A DNA stretch of 64,000 nt, taken from assembly GCF_001194135.2 (NCBI RefSeq), contig NC_068993.1, forward strand, positions 53,296,258 to 53,360,257. The letters are read 5' to 3'. The number at the start of each line of letters is the position of its first letter. The stretch's first letter is position 1. Source of the DNA: Octopus bimaculoides. Taxonomy: Eukaryota. A program made the position numbers and the translations under genes. The notes below the pieces were generated by a model. The model was given only the letters and a program-made list of their open reading frames with translations, was not told where the DNA came from and searched no databases. Shown one piece after another: positions 1 through 12,480 of the stretch.

Positions 1-273
1 GCTTCACTCTACATACTTTAGCTCTGCTACGATAACAACAGTCCTGATACTCTTTCATCAGAAATCGTATATACGTATATGATAAGCATTGTTCAGTTTC
101 CATCTTCCAAACGCACTGGCTATGCTTACCCTAGAAGACCCTTCTTACGCTGGCACTCAGAGGGACTGAATCAGAAGCTATGTGGCTGGTAGTAAAATCA
201 TGTCCACATACTATCTTACATTTTACTGTATATATACTTGTTTATTTTATTATTTTTGTATATTTTTTCTTAG

Positions 274-357
274 GACCTGAAGAAGAAACATGTCCAATGC
301 TTGAAGATGTGGAAAATAGAGAACAAAGCACAGAGCAAAAAAATATAAATCAAGAAG
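274..357 (+). CDS. Candidate internal coding exon of an unidentified gene (GPEEETCPMLEDVENREQSTEQKNINQE)
   Basis: Polypyrimidine tract and TAG acceptor at 271-273, AAG|GTATGT donor at 358. 84 nt, symmetric phase 1-1, only one open frame. No recognisable homology. Confidence 0.45.
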
Positions 358-2271
358 GTATGTATTCTTCAAATTCAGGAAGAAAATAATATATGATTAG
401 AGGTAGACTTGGTTTCTATTTTTCACAAGTAGAGAAATCCTAAAAAGATTAATGTATAGACTTGTTTATGAGTGTGTGTGTGTATTTGTGTGTGTATGTA
501 GGTGTTAGAATATTTATAAATAATGTAATAATCTCCCTGTAATNNNNNNNNNNNNNNNNNNNNNNNNNNNNNNNNNNNNNNNNNNNNNNNNNNNNNNNNN
601 NNNNNNNNNNNNNNNNNNNNNNNNNNNNNNNNNNNNNNNNNNNNNNNNNNNNNNNNNNNNNNNNNNNNNNNNNNNNNNNNNNNNNNNNNNNNNNNNNNNN
701 NNNNNNNNNNNNNNNNNNNNNNNNNNNNNNNNNNNNNNNNNNNNNNNNNNNNNNNNNNNNNNNNNNNNNNNNNNNNNNNNNNNNNNNNNNNNNNNNNNNN
801 NNNNNNNNNNNNNNNNNNNNNNNNNNNNNNNNNNNNNNNNNNNNNNNNNNNNNNNNNNNNNNNNNNNNNNNNNNNNNNNNNNNNNNNNNNNNNNNNNNNN
901 NNNNNNNNNNNNNNNNNNNNNNNNNNNNNNNNNNNNNNNNNNNNNNNNNNNNNNNNNNNNNNNNNNNNNNNNNNNNNNNNNNNNNNNNNNNNNNNNNNNN
1001 NNNNNNNNNNNNNNNNNNNNNNNNNNNNNNNNNNNNNNNNNNNNNNNNATATATATATATCCATATATACATATATATATATACATATACACACTCATGC
1101 ATATATATGCAGGTATGTATGTATATATATGCATATATGTATGTATATGTATAAAAATATACATATGATGAGTGTTGTTATAGCATGAGTTCCTCTGTAA
1201 GTTGGAACATCACGGGGACTGATTGGGTATCTATGTAATAATAGAATATATCATAGTATAATATGCATATTGTATCTTAGATTTTAGTACATATGTTGCT
1301 GTTCAGTTCCTTATTTTTGTATATTTCTTGCTATATATTTTGGACTTAGCTGCTCGAAATCATTCTCTCAGGGCCTCACTGAGTAGATGACAATGAACCA
1401 AGATGTCTAATGATATGAGGTTCTTGAGAAGACTAGCTCACCTCAGTGAAACTGAGTTTTGATAAACCCATAATATCATTATCTACTCATAGATGATGAT
1501 TGGTGTCTAACTCTGAGAGGGTCTGTGGATTACAAAAGTGATCATGTGAACCAGCCCAACTTGCTGTGTATTTATTTGGGAGTTTTCAGAATCAATCAGC
1601 AGATTACTTTTCACAGAATTCTGAGGAATCATGTTGAATATGTGTTATAAAAGAAGCCATACATAGCTCATGAAAATTAATCAATAATTGTTAGAATGGT
1701 TTCAACATTATACAAAATTGATTATACTGAATAATGGTGAAACTATTGTAAATGACATATTAAAATGATTTCCTTACTCGATTCATCAATATTTGTCATT
1801 ATATATAATATGTGTGTTTGTGTATGTATCTTTTCTATTGCTTATTTCAGTCATTTGACTGTAGCCATGCTGGAGCACCCCAACCGCACCCCCTTGAAGA
1901 GATTTAGTCGAATGAATAAACCCTAATATATTTTTTTAAAGCCTGGTACTTATTCTTTCTTTCTTTGTTGCCAAACTGCAAAGTTATGGAGATGTACTCA
2001 CCAACACCAGTTGTCAAGTGGTGGTGATGGTGGGGACAAACACAAACACACATACACACACATAGGCTTGACAACTAATGTTCGTGTGCTTATGTCCCTG
2101 TAACTTAGTGGTTCGGCAAAAGAAACCAATAGAATAAGTACTAGGCTTACAAAGAATAAGTCTTGGAGTGGGGAGGGACGATTTGTTTGACTAAAGGTGG
2201 TGCTCCAGCATGGCTACAGACAAATGACTGAAACAAGTAAAAGAATATATATATATGTGTGATTTTATTAA

Positions 2272-2354
2272 CTCTGATGAGAGAAATATAGAGTATTGCT
2301 ATGGTTGGAGTTAGCTCGCCTATAGCAACTATATCTTTTCGAAACAGCCGTTAG
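2272..2354 (+). ncRNA. Type I hammerhead ribozyme motif with long stem II, core intact
   Basis: CTGATGA 2274-2280. 60-nt stem II hairpin 2281-2340 closed by G-C. GAAA 2341-2344. Near-palindromic stem III ACAGCCGT, GUU triplet. Stem I only 2 bp. Confidence 0.65.
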
Positions 2355-4145
2355 ACTTTATACATAAACTTTATACATGTTCCTGACTCTTTATGAATCA
2401 TTTTACATCTGCTTTATCTTCCTCCTCATTCCGACTTCGCAAGTACATTTAAGGACTTACACTTTTTATCTATTTATATTGATGAATTTTTATGTGTTTT
2501 ATAAATTTTTATATGTGTATAAATTTTCGTGTATATGTATGTATTTATAGATTCTTAGAAATTTTTATGTCATATAGATGAATGCAACTATGTATGTAAT
2601 TTGTATACCATGGAGAAATTCGTTAATATGGAATGAATGAATATATACATCGGCCTTTGAATTTGTCTTCTCCTCTCCTTAATTCATCATCATCATCATC
2701 ATCATCATCGTTTAACGTCCGCTTTCCANNNNNNNNNNNNNNNNNNNNNNNNNNNNNNNNNNNNNNNNNNNNNNNNNNNNNNNNNNNNNNNNNNNNNNNN
2801 NNNNNNNNNNNNNNNNNNNNNNNNNNNNAAGAAACAAGGAGAGAAAAAAATGTGTGTAGTGGCTAGCGATCTATCATGTATACACACACACACACACACA
2901 CACACATTATAAATGAAAGACTCCAATGTCTAGTATTCCAAGTTGCTTGCTTTCAGTCAAGCCTGTTTCTGTTTTCTTTTGAATATTCACTGTCTGAATA
3001 TTTTTTCAAGTATGAAATGAAAGTTTGAAAGACATTCTTACCATTATGCTCTTTTGTTTAGAAACCATTTGAAAAATATATGTGAAATGGTTGCTTCAAG
3101 CTCACACTCTTGATTTATTTTCCGGTTCTCTTGGTAATGTTATTATAAAAATGTCATAGATTCTACACAGTAGGAATCATGAAATTGTGCTGCTGCTTAA
3201 GCAATGTTCCAAAATAATCAATTTAAGTAATACATTTCATTAATGTCTTTAAAACCAATGTGTATGTATGTGGATGTTGATTTTGCATTGTCCTGTGCAG
3301 ACACATGTATGGAGAGATATGTACACTCATAGACACACATTTATACACAGAATTATATATACAAGTATACGTATACACACATGCATGAATACATATACTC
3401 ACATATAGACATGCAAACACACACACACACATTTAAACTTATATGAATAAAGTCTATCACTTAAACATTTCAAAAACTAAAAGATACTTAGCCACATGCA
3501 TACAAAACATAACGAATGCATTTGTCTTGTTCAAATTATTGGTGCCATGTGTCAAAATTCTCAGCTATTTGATCAAACAAAAGTCACACAGCATCTTTGA
3601 TTTGACACTTCCTTTTCTGTAAAGTTGTGCACTATCTATAAAAGACCAGGAAATTTTGAATTTGTGAGGACTTGTCTCATGCATGAACCATATAAACTCT
3701 AACAAAGTTGTAGCACATTTCCTGTGGGTTTCATTGATCCACTATACATTTCAGGTTGATCACTGCTGTTTGATTCAACCTTTGCATTATTCTATTGACT
3801 TTGCCAGACAATTAACATATGAAGTGATTAAATGATTATATTTTCATTTTCTAAATGTTTCTTTTTTTATGTTTACAGATGTTGATGAACAGGATTCAGT
3901 TGATATGAATGTTTTTTTTATTATAATCTAATGTCCTCTTTGTTGTTCTTCATTCTGTGAGCCAGCGCTACTCAAGTAGATTGATGGTGAAAGACATTCA
4001 TCCCTATGCAATCTTATGTTTTATTTTGTGATATTATATTTAAATCTAATGCATCAATTTTTTTATATGGTAGTGTATCATTATGTAGCAATTTGGTTAC
4101 TGTTTCTAGCAAGTTGAATGACTGTAAAGACACCTTCAGTGACAT

Positions 4146-4245
4146 ATCCAGAATTTATGTTATACTCCAGAATTTACAATATATACTCCAGAATTTACGT
4201 TATACTCTAGAATTTACATTATACTAGAATTTACGTTATACTCCA
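4146..4245. repeat. Short tandem repeat, ~19-21 bp (TCCAGAATTTACGTTATAC)
   Basis: About 5 imperfect copies. Confidence 0.85.
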
Positions 4246-4676
4246 GTTTCATTTTGATAGTAATGATTTAATGATTAAATTTTGGCTTTCTTTTATTAAA
4301 TTTACATGAACTTCAGTATGAAAACTAGATTTTCAAATTTATATAGATATATGTAATCATCTTAAGCATTGGATACCATGGACTACATTATTCAATGTGT
4401 CTTCTCTCTTTTAAGATTGTAGGACAGGATTAAGGTTAAAACCTCTGCAATTTACATGTCAACCCAACAAGTTTTCAGATATATTTAGTTTTCATTTAGT
4501 CTGAAGGAATGAACTATGTTTTACCTATTTATCTCGGAGGGAACAAGGCAGACTTTTCATGGTTGTCTGATCCACTAAAACTAGCTACAAAATCTGTTGG
4601 ATGTCAATCAAATCCAGTCACAAGGCTTTAGTCAGCCCAAGGCTATAGCAGAAGACATTTGCTCAAGGTGCCATGC

Positions 4677-4840
4677 AGGAAATCCTCGGAGTTTTCCAAG
4701 AAGTCGATCTTAAATCCTCGGAACTTTCCAGGAAATCCTCAGAATTTCCCAGGAAGTAGATCTTATATCCTCGGAACTTTCCAGGAAATCCTCAGAATTT
4801 TCCAGGAAGTTGATCTTATATCCTCGGAACTTTCTAGGAA
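4677..4840. repeat. Tandem repeat, ~59-bp unit built from ATCCTCGGAACTTTCCAGGAA subunits
   Basis: About 3 copies. Confidence 0.85.
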
Positions 4841-6032
4841 AGATTCGCTCATTAGTTGCTTGATCTTAATCCCTTGAGTATGTCCTTTAGTGGCTGAAAA
4901 GATGTGCATCTCTGATCATGAGCAGTAGTGAAGGAGCATCAGAGCAATGTGTTGAGAGGGGTTTCAATAACTGTAACAAAAACAAAGTTTGAATGAAATG
5001 TTAGCCATTTTACATACTTTCTAGTGGTAAGCAAATAGGAAATACCAGTTGCTACCCAAGGACAAAAATGGTCTCACACAGTGTAATTGCATGCCTATAT
5101 CCCTGTGTGCATGTGTGTGTGTCTGTTTGTTTGTTTTATCAATTGAAAATGTAATTAATTTTTTATCTACAGCAAGAGCATTACATAAGTTTTAATTTAT
5201 TCAATTGAGTGTTTATGCATGTTGTGTTGCGACTATGCACATTGCGATTGTGTGCGTATTTGTGTTGTCGTTATTATTTGTCTGTTGTGTTTGTGCATTG
5301 TAAAGGATATGTATTTGTGTTGTTTGCTGTGAGTTGTATGTTAATATTTGTATATTTAGCATGAGTATGCATCCATTATCAACTCTCCCTATCACTCATG
5401 CACACACACACTCACTCACACACACATGCATTTATTCATGATCCTGCATAGATGTATTTATGCATGCACATTAGCACATTGCAAGCATCAATAAGTGCAA
5501 GCCCATACAAATATGAAACATGTTTGTATGCCTATATGGATACGCTTGTCTACTTTCAGAAGCTTACCTTTCATACACATACATATGCGCACATGTGCGG
5601 CATTCCTGCACACACATGCATACTGACACACAAAATAGAGACTCAAATGTTTCTATGTATGTGCTCTCAGTGCATGTACTCATATTTTCATATGGATGCA
5701 CACACGACAAATTCTAGTTCAATCACAAGTTGATGAAATGCAAGATGATTAATGTGACTTACATTGAAAACTAAACAAATGTACTCTGTAAGTTGCAATA
5801 AAGCAAGGAATGAATTTGAACAAGATGAGATGAGACAAAGTAGGTAAAATAAACTGGTGTTAATTTTCAAAAAATGGTGATATGGAAAAATAACAGATGG
5901 TAAAATAAATATAACCTTCCGTAATTTGCTTATGGTCAGCCACTGCATAGTGCTAATCAGTCACCATGTGGTGACTGAAATATGAGAGAAACAATCACTT
6001 TTTTCAGTTCACAGCACCACTCTGCCTCGTGT

Positions 6033-6080
6033 CTGTGACCGAAGAGGAGATAACTACTCCAAAATGCTTGCATCTCACAG
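6033..6080 (+). ncRNA. Degenerate type I hammerhead motif (U4C, G12A)
   Basis: Stem I CTGTGA/TCACAG (6 bp). CCGAAGA. Stem II GGAG/CTCC. AAAA. Stem III ATGC-TT-GCAT. AUC triplet. Confidence 0.7.
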
Positions 6081-7050
6081 TCCAGACAGGTGGCTCTGTG
6101 AACTGATATTGGTGTATTAACACCATTCTGTCTACAGCAAGAAACTTTCCCTATGACAAAACACAGTGAATAGCTTATTTACGAGTCCAAATATGCATAT
6201 TTGAACTGATAATAACATTACATTTTTACATTATACACACACACACACAAATACATACATACACAGACACACACATATATATAATAATAATAAATTCATA
6301 TATCCTTATATATATCTTAACAGAAACTAAAGAAACAGAAACAGATTCTGAGGCTAAATCCCCAAATAATGACGCTACACACAACCGTTAACAATTACTT
6401 AACTGTAAGTATGAATCCATTTTAATGTTTTCTCTATATTCAAAATGAGTTTGGAAAAGGAAATTTGGGCGTTTTCAAATAGGGCATGGAAAATGGACTC
6501 AAATGAAAGAAAAAAAAAATGAAAGTGTGTGTATATACATATATATAATTTACCTTAAAAACATATTTATATATATACTAAATAATTTCAGCTTAAAACA
6601 TATATACTAGTGACCAACGAGGAAGAACTTAATGTACGACAACAGAAATTGAGTAGGGACTCCTTCATGCACTACGACAGAAATTATGAAAAAAAACCTT
6701 TTTCTTTCGCTCCATCTTTTTCTCTTTCTCCTTTTTTTTTTATAAAGACTCAACATGACTGAACTTTCAATCATGTATGTTTGTTTTATCTTCAGTAGAA
6801 ATTCAAACTTATATTACTGTCTATGTCTGTGAAACTCATCCAAAATTCTATGAGCATTTGAACACTTGAACATTTAAAAATATTTCTTCAAGTTTTCCCT
6901 TGTAAATTTGAACCGTCTTAAACCCCTAATTTATTTATTTTCATCATTGATAAACAAAAGATTGCTGAAACCGGTTTGGTATTTGAATAAATTACGAAAT
7001 ATAAAAACAAGTACACGTTTTTAGATTAAAGAGTATTTTCAAACTACAAA

Positions 7051-7103
<53 letters not shown>

Positions 7104-7896
7104 TGTCATATAGACATATAAGAAATTGAGTGGGACTGGAAATACCATCTGTCTCCTGTTCCTTCTTGCACTTTTGCTGTTTGTCACACTCTCTTTCTTT
7201 CCCTTGCTCTTCTCTCTGGTTGGGTAGCCATGTATCTCCCCTACAGCAGCACACCTGTTTCTGCCCTCATTCTTGATCACACTCTCTCTCTCCTTCTCTT
7301 GCTTTTCTCTCTGCCTGGGTAACCAAGTATCTCCTTTACACCAGTACACCTGTTTCTGTCCTCTTTCTTGTACCACTTGCTCACTCTTTCTTCCTCTTCC
7401 TCTCTCTCTTCTTCTCCCTCTCCCTCTCTTTCTCTCTGGCTGGGTAACCATGTACCTTTTCTATAGCAAAACACCTATTTCTACCTCTGTTTCTCTGTCA
7501 CACTTTAACCTTTCATCATCCAACTCAAGATCCCCTCCCCTCTCAAAATTCCTTGTCTTGCAAGTTACTCGTTGACCCTGCTGGTGTTGGTGCTGGTGCT
7601 GCCATGTAAATCTCTTCCAGTCCAAACTGCAAAATGGTTGGCATTTGGAAGGTCAAAACTGACCTCACCTGTGCTGGTGCCATGTAAAAGGTACCCAGTC
7701 CACTCTGTGGAGTGATTGGTGTTAGGAAGGTCATTCAACCATAAAAATCCTATCAAAACAGACACAGTAACCTGGGGTAGTCTTCTACCTGGCCAGCTCC
7801 TGTCAAACTGGCCTACTCATGCATGCATGGAAGATCGATGTTAAACAACAACGATGATGATGATGATAAAGCTGATGATATATATATATATATAAA

Positions 7897-7960
<64 letters not shown>

Positions 7961-8109
7961 TAGGGGGTGAAGGCGCATGGCTCAGTGGTTAGAGTGTCGA
8001 GCTTACGATTGTGAGGTTGTGAGTTTGAATCCCAGACCGGGCTGCGTGTTGTGTTCTTGAGCAAGACACTTATAAATAATTAATTTCATTAAATTAAATA
8101 AAAACTATG

Positions 8110-8460
8110 TTTATTAGAATTATCTATTCTCTCTCATAAAGAGGTTCGTCTTCTTGGCTGTAGTTTCTGGCTCTGAATTTCTGGAACCACTGTTGACACT
8201 GGCTTACGCTTATTGTCTGATGCCCATATACTGCATTAATATTCCTCACACTTTCCATTGTGTTGTTGCCTTTATTGAACTCATAAAGCAAACTATGCCG
8301 AATATGCTCCTTTGTCACTTCCATTATAGCTTTGAAAAAATAACTGTTAAAATCGAACTGCACTCTTCAAAACTTGCACTAAGAATAAATACTTGGTTAG
8401 ATTACTACCTGCTTTTAAAGCAAGTTGACGCAGGTAGTTTATCTTTTAGTTCATGCAGTT
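8110..8460 (-). mobile_element. Mariner transposon 5' fragment (N-terminal HTH)
   Basis: MEVTKEHIRHSLLYEFNKG...WFQKFRA, Mos1-like HTH. Confidence 0.85.
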
Positions 8461-8795
8461 GATAAAACCGCATTATTTATGGGATGATCCAATACTTGTC
8501 AAGCAGATTTCATAACATCAAAAATTTAGAGGAAGTGATATAATTAATGTAATTTAGAAGGAATTCTCTGATCTTTTGTCAACATCTAAACAGAAAACAA
8601 ATGTTGACACTAAAATATTCCCTCAAAAACTAATTTCATCTCCAAATCCAAATTTTATGTTTTATCTTTTTCTTGTTTCAACCACTGAATTATGGCCATA
8701 CTAGAACATTGCTTTGAGGATGATTTTTTTTTTGTTTTGTTTTGTTTTATTATCATGAATATATATCAAATGAATTTTTTCATTTTCTTTTACAG

Positions 8796-8871
8796 ACTAG
8801 AAAATAATTCTTCAAAGATTGATGTGTTCAGACAAATGTCTACTTCATTTAGTTCCTGCATTACATGCTGA
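8796..8871 (+). CDS. Candidate terminal exon (LENNSSKIDVFRQMSTSFSSCITC*), possibly of the same unidentified gene
   Basis: Strong acceptor (ttttcattttcttttacag). Only the phase-2 frame is open, ending at TGA 8869-8871. Linking exons not established. Confidence 0.3.
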
Positions 8872-9299
8872 TCTTCAATCACTTAAAAACTGTTTGGTTG
8901 TAAACAGTCTTTCTACTGTGTTAAACTTTATTAAGGGTGTAGATACAGTGATACCTCACAGTACAAGTTTAATTCATTCCATGACTGAGCTTGTGTTATG
9001 ATTTACTCATTTTACTAATCAATTTTCTCCATTGAAATTTATTAAAATATATTTAATCCATTCCAGCTTAAAAAAAAAAAAAAACACCCAAATCATTTTT
9101 GTGGGTTTTGAAACAGAAAAGGAGCAGTTACAAGGCAATTATAAGAATATAATAAAAAGAAATATGTCAACTGGTTTTATTAATTTAATTACCTTAAAGA
9201 TGGGACAATTTTTGTGTGAGAAAGATGATGGAGTAGGGAGGAGGTGGATTATTATCTGGAAGGAAAACCTCCTGCCATTACGACTTCCAGAAGAACAGT

Positions 9300-9745
9300 T
9301 TCCAGCGTTTTCTCTCTCACTTCACATTCAGTTAGGCTTTTTGGACACACTTTCTTCACTTTTCACACTTGCAGGTCGTTTCACTAGAAACATATCAAGA
9401 AAAGCCTGCTTTTTCCTGATTTTCAAAATGTTACAAAAATGTACCAGAGCAGCGTCATTATATGAAGTAGCTGCATGACTTGTAGATACTTTTTCAGGAT
9501 AATATTTTTCTACAAATTCAGAAACATACTGCCACTTTGCCAACACTGCCCTTATGTCACTCGTAGAGATAACCTTCTCTGCTACACTGAATTCCTCTGG
9601 GAACAAAATCTCTTCCACTGCATCCAAATGCTGCTGTTCCTGAAGCTGCAGGAGTTCATCTGTCATCAACTCCTTTGAATGTTCCTCAACAAGATCGTTA
9701 ATGTCCCCATTGTCAACCTCTAGGCCCATGAACTTACTGCGAGGT
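9300..9745 (-). mobile_element. Tigger/pogo transposase C-terminal fragment
   Basis: GLEVDNGDINDLVEEHSKELMTDELLQL...FVEKYYPEK...KKQAFLDMFLVK resembles the Tigger1-type C-terminus. Confidence 0.75.
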
Positions 9746-10056
9746 TCTACTGTAATGAATAAAGATACCAAAAAGTAACTAGTGGTATATTCAGCCGCCA
9801 AATTTTGACGTTATATAGATACTAACAATGATTATTGGACTTTTTGATATTTTACTAACTTTCCGTTCTCTTTAGAAAACAGTCTTATTAATTTCTATTA
9901 ATTTTATCCTTATTTTTAAGATTTTAAAAAATTGACTGTGTTTCTGAAATATTGTGGTGGAATTATTTTTAACTTGGATCTCTTTTAACCTGAGGAGCTT
10001 GCTTAATATCAACATTAATTTAAAGATTCATTTTAACATATAAATATAAACAAATT

Positions 10057-10440
10057 GTGGAGGCGCAATGGCCCAGTTGTTAGGGCAGCGGACTTGTGGT
10101 CATAGGATCGCGGTTTCGATTCCCAGACCGGGCGTTGTGAGTGTTTATTGAGTGAAAACACCTAAAGCTCCACGAGGCTCCGGCAGGGGATGGTGGTGAA
10201 CCCTGCTGTACTCTTCCACCACAACTTTCTCTCACTCTTTCTTCCTGTTTCTGTTGTGCCTGTATTTCAAAGGGGCCAGACTTGTCACACTCTGTGTCAC
10301 GCTGAATATCCCCGAGAACTACATTAAGGGTACACATGTCTGTGGAGTGCTCAGCCACTTGCACGTTAATTTCACGAGCAGGCTGTTCCGTTGATCGGAT
10401 CAACTGAAACCCTCGTCGTCATAAGCGACAGAGTGCCAAC
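10057..10440 (+). mobile_element. Full-length tRNA-derived SINE with an 11-bp target-site duplication
   Basis: A box TGGCCCAGTTG, B box GGTTTCGATTCCC. ATAAACAAATT at 10046-10056 and 10441-10451. 3' half shared with 16760-16950 and 28715-28815. Confidence 0.9.
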
Positions 10441-11069
10441 ATAAACAAATTACAGAATATCATTACGACTGGCAAACTGTGATGTTTAAACTACATGTGG
10501 ATTGGTCAAAACTGTATTCCGTAAATTCGGCTTGCTGGAGCATTCTAAGAAGTACAACAGTTGTCAAGAACTCAACTGTTAGTTAAGTACATTTGAAATC
10601 TGAAGATTACTACCAAAACATATGAAAGTGCTAATTGAACTTTATGAACATTACAAAATATTTTTTTACTGTTAAAATACTATAATAAAAAATGTGAAAA
10701 CCAGACCATGTTTTAACTTTATTCAACTGATATATTATTCTATCCACATTCACACAAATTCGAAATTTATATATATATATAAAGGTATTTGGATTCTGTC
10801 ATGGAGGAAGCCGATGTTCAGTTTATGTGTTTGCTGACTATACTGTTTTGGTGTCTCTCTTGTTTATAATCAGGTGTAGAATTGGTTGAATGCGGTGTAG
10901 AACATTAAGTTGACAAAACTTTTAGGATGCGTTAGAAGTTATTTATTAAAATGGTAACATTTGCTATATCTGGTGACCCCGAGCAAGAGAATTGCATCCT
11001 TCACAAATATTTAATATCTGGTGACCCTTGACTTCAACCAAATAACTTTATATATATATATATCCCATG

Positions 11070-11280
11070 AGGGATTGGTGTAGCAGCATTATAATCAACT
11101 GCTACAAAAGCAAAGGTGATGTCTTAGACAGAAATAATTGCAGAGGCATCAAATTGCTAGACTAGGAAATGAAAGTTACAGAAAAAGTCATTAATTAGGA
11201 AGAAAGCTAACCTAGGTGAAATGCAGTTTGAATTTGTGCTAGGTAGAAGCACCGTTGATACCAAGTATCAGGCAGAGTAA
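11070..11280 (+). mobile_element. RTE-clade LINE reverse transcriptase fragment
   Basis: IINCYKSKGDVLDRNNCRGIKLL...EMQFEFVLGRST, the start of an RT domain. Confidence 0.7.
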
Positions 11281-11354
11281 AAAATAAGCAATGTTTTGAA
11301 ACATGAAATTCATCATGATATATTTCAACAATGCAGAAATTTTATTCATCAAAG

Positions 11355-12480
11355 TAAGTACCATTATAATCTACACATTTTTACCAACGAGTTACAAGTT
11401 TGTTTATTCCAGTAACAAAAATCTGCAGTTCTGGAGCTGATAAACTCTTTGAACGCACTTTCAGCATCAGTTTGATTTTTTAACTCCTCTCGCAGGAAAT
11501 CATCAAGGTGCTTGAAAAAGTGGTAGTCGGTAGGAGAAAGGTCTGGGGGAATAAGCTGGGTGGGGAAGAACTTCGTAGCCAAGTTCCCTCAACTTCTGGG
11601 GTGTCATTTGTGAAACATGTGGTCAAGCATTGTCATGAAGAATGATTGGCCCTCTTTGGTTGACCAGTGTGGGACGGAGGAGCAGCAGTTTTTCATTCAT
11701 TTTGACACTGTCATGCCAATTTATTTCTGCAGTAATGGTTTTTCCAGGTTTTAAGAAGTTATAGTGGATGAGTCCAGCAGTTCACCACCAAACAATCACC
11801 ATAACCTTCTTTTTGAAGAGCTCAGGTTTAGGGAAAGTTTTCGGTGCTTCACCTTGGTCCAACAAGTGTGAAGAACGTTTTTTTATTATTATACAGAAGC
11901 CAACTTTCATTGCAAGTTACAATATGGTCAAGAAATGGATTGGTCTGGTTACGGAAAAGAAGTGATGAGTAAATTTCATAATGATAAACTACCTGCATCA
12001 ACAACGCAGCGAAAAGTGCGAGGAATGTTAATGCAGTATATGGGGATCGGAGAATAAGCGCAAGCCAGTGTCAACCGGGGTTCCAGAAATTCCGAGCCTC
12101 GTCCTGGAAGATCTGTAGAGCTCAACGAGAATGTCCTGTAAACCCTGGTGTCCAGGGTTTGCAGGACGAACAAAATCCCATCGTAACCGTTGAGGAACTA
12201 GCTAAGAAGCTTGAATTTAATCATTCAACCATTCATTGACACCTGCGTGCCATCGGAAAAGTCAGCAAATTGACTCAATGGGTTCCTCATAAACGTTCCG
12301 AGTCTAATCGTGCGCAGAGAGTGAATGTATGCTTTTGACACTGGAGAATGTATTCCAGATGAGCAACTCTCGAACGGGGAATGAGTTGTCCAGTGCCAAA
12401 CATCACCGCAAGCAATGCCAACTCTCTGTCGAGAGGGCAAAATTGGCAGCCTCGAAGTTCGATTTAATAACATCGTTGAA
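11355..12480. mobile_element. Two mariner fragments joined head-to-head (C-terminal part on minus, HTH-WVPH part on plus)
   Basis: PDLSPTDYHFFKHLDDFL on minus (11364-11582). HTH and QWVPH-like remnants on plus from about 11985, sharing leader sequence with the 8.1-8.5 kb copy. Confidence 0.8.

Noticed and set aside
423-1164. Long X-filled ORFs here and at the other gaps
   Set aside because: Artefacts of N runs and flanking dinucleotide repeats.
1365-1530. Foldback with hammerhead-like CTAATGA...CCTCAGT-GAAAC
   Set aside because: Core G5 is mutated and no stem I pairing exists. Better explained as a decayed MITE-like hairpin.
7967-8045. tRNA gene candidates (also 10057, 16622, 20362, 37905, 60571)
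   Set aside because: Cloverleaves are incomplete and continue into SINE bodies; these are SINE heads.
10595-10637. CTGAAGA...GAAAGTGCTA hammerhead-like string
   Set aside because: Stem II does not pair.
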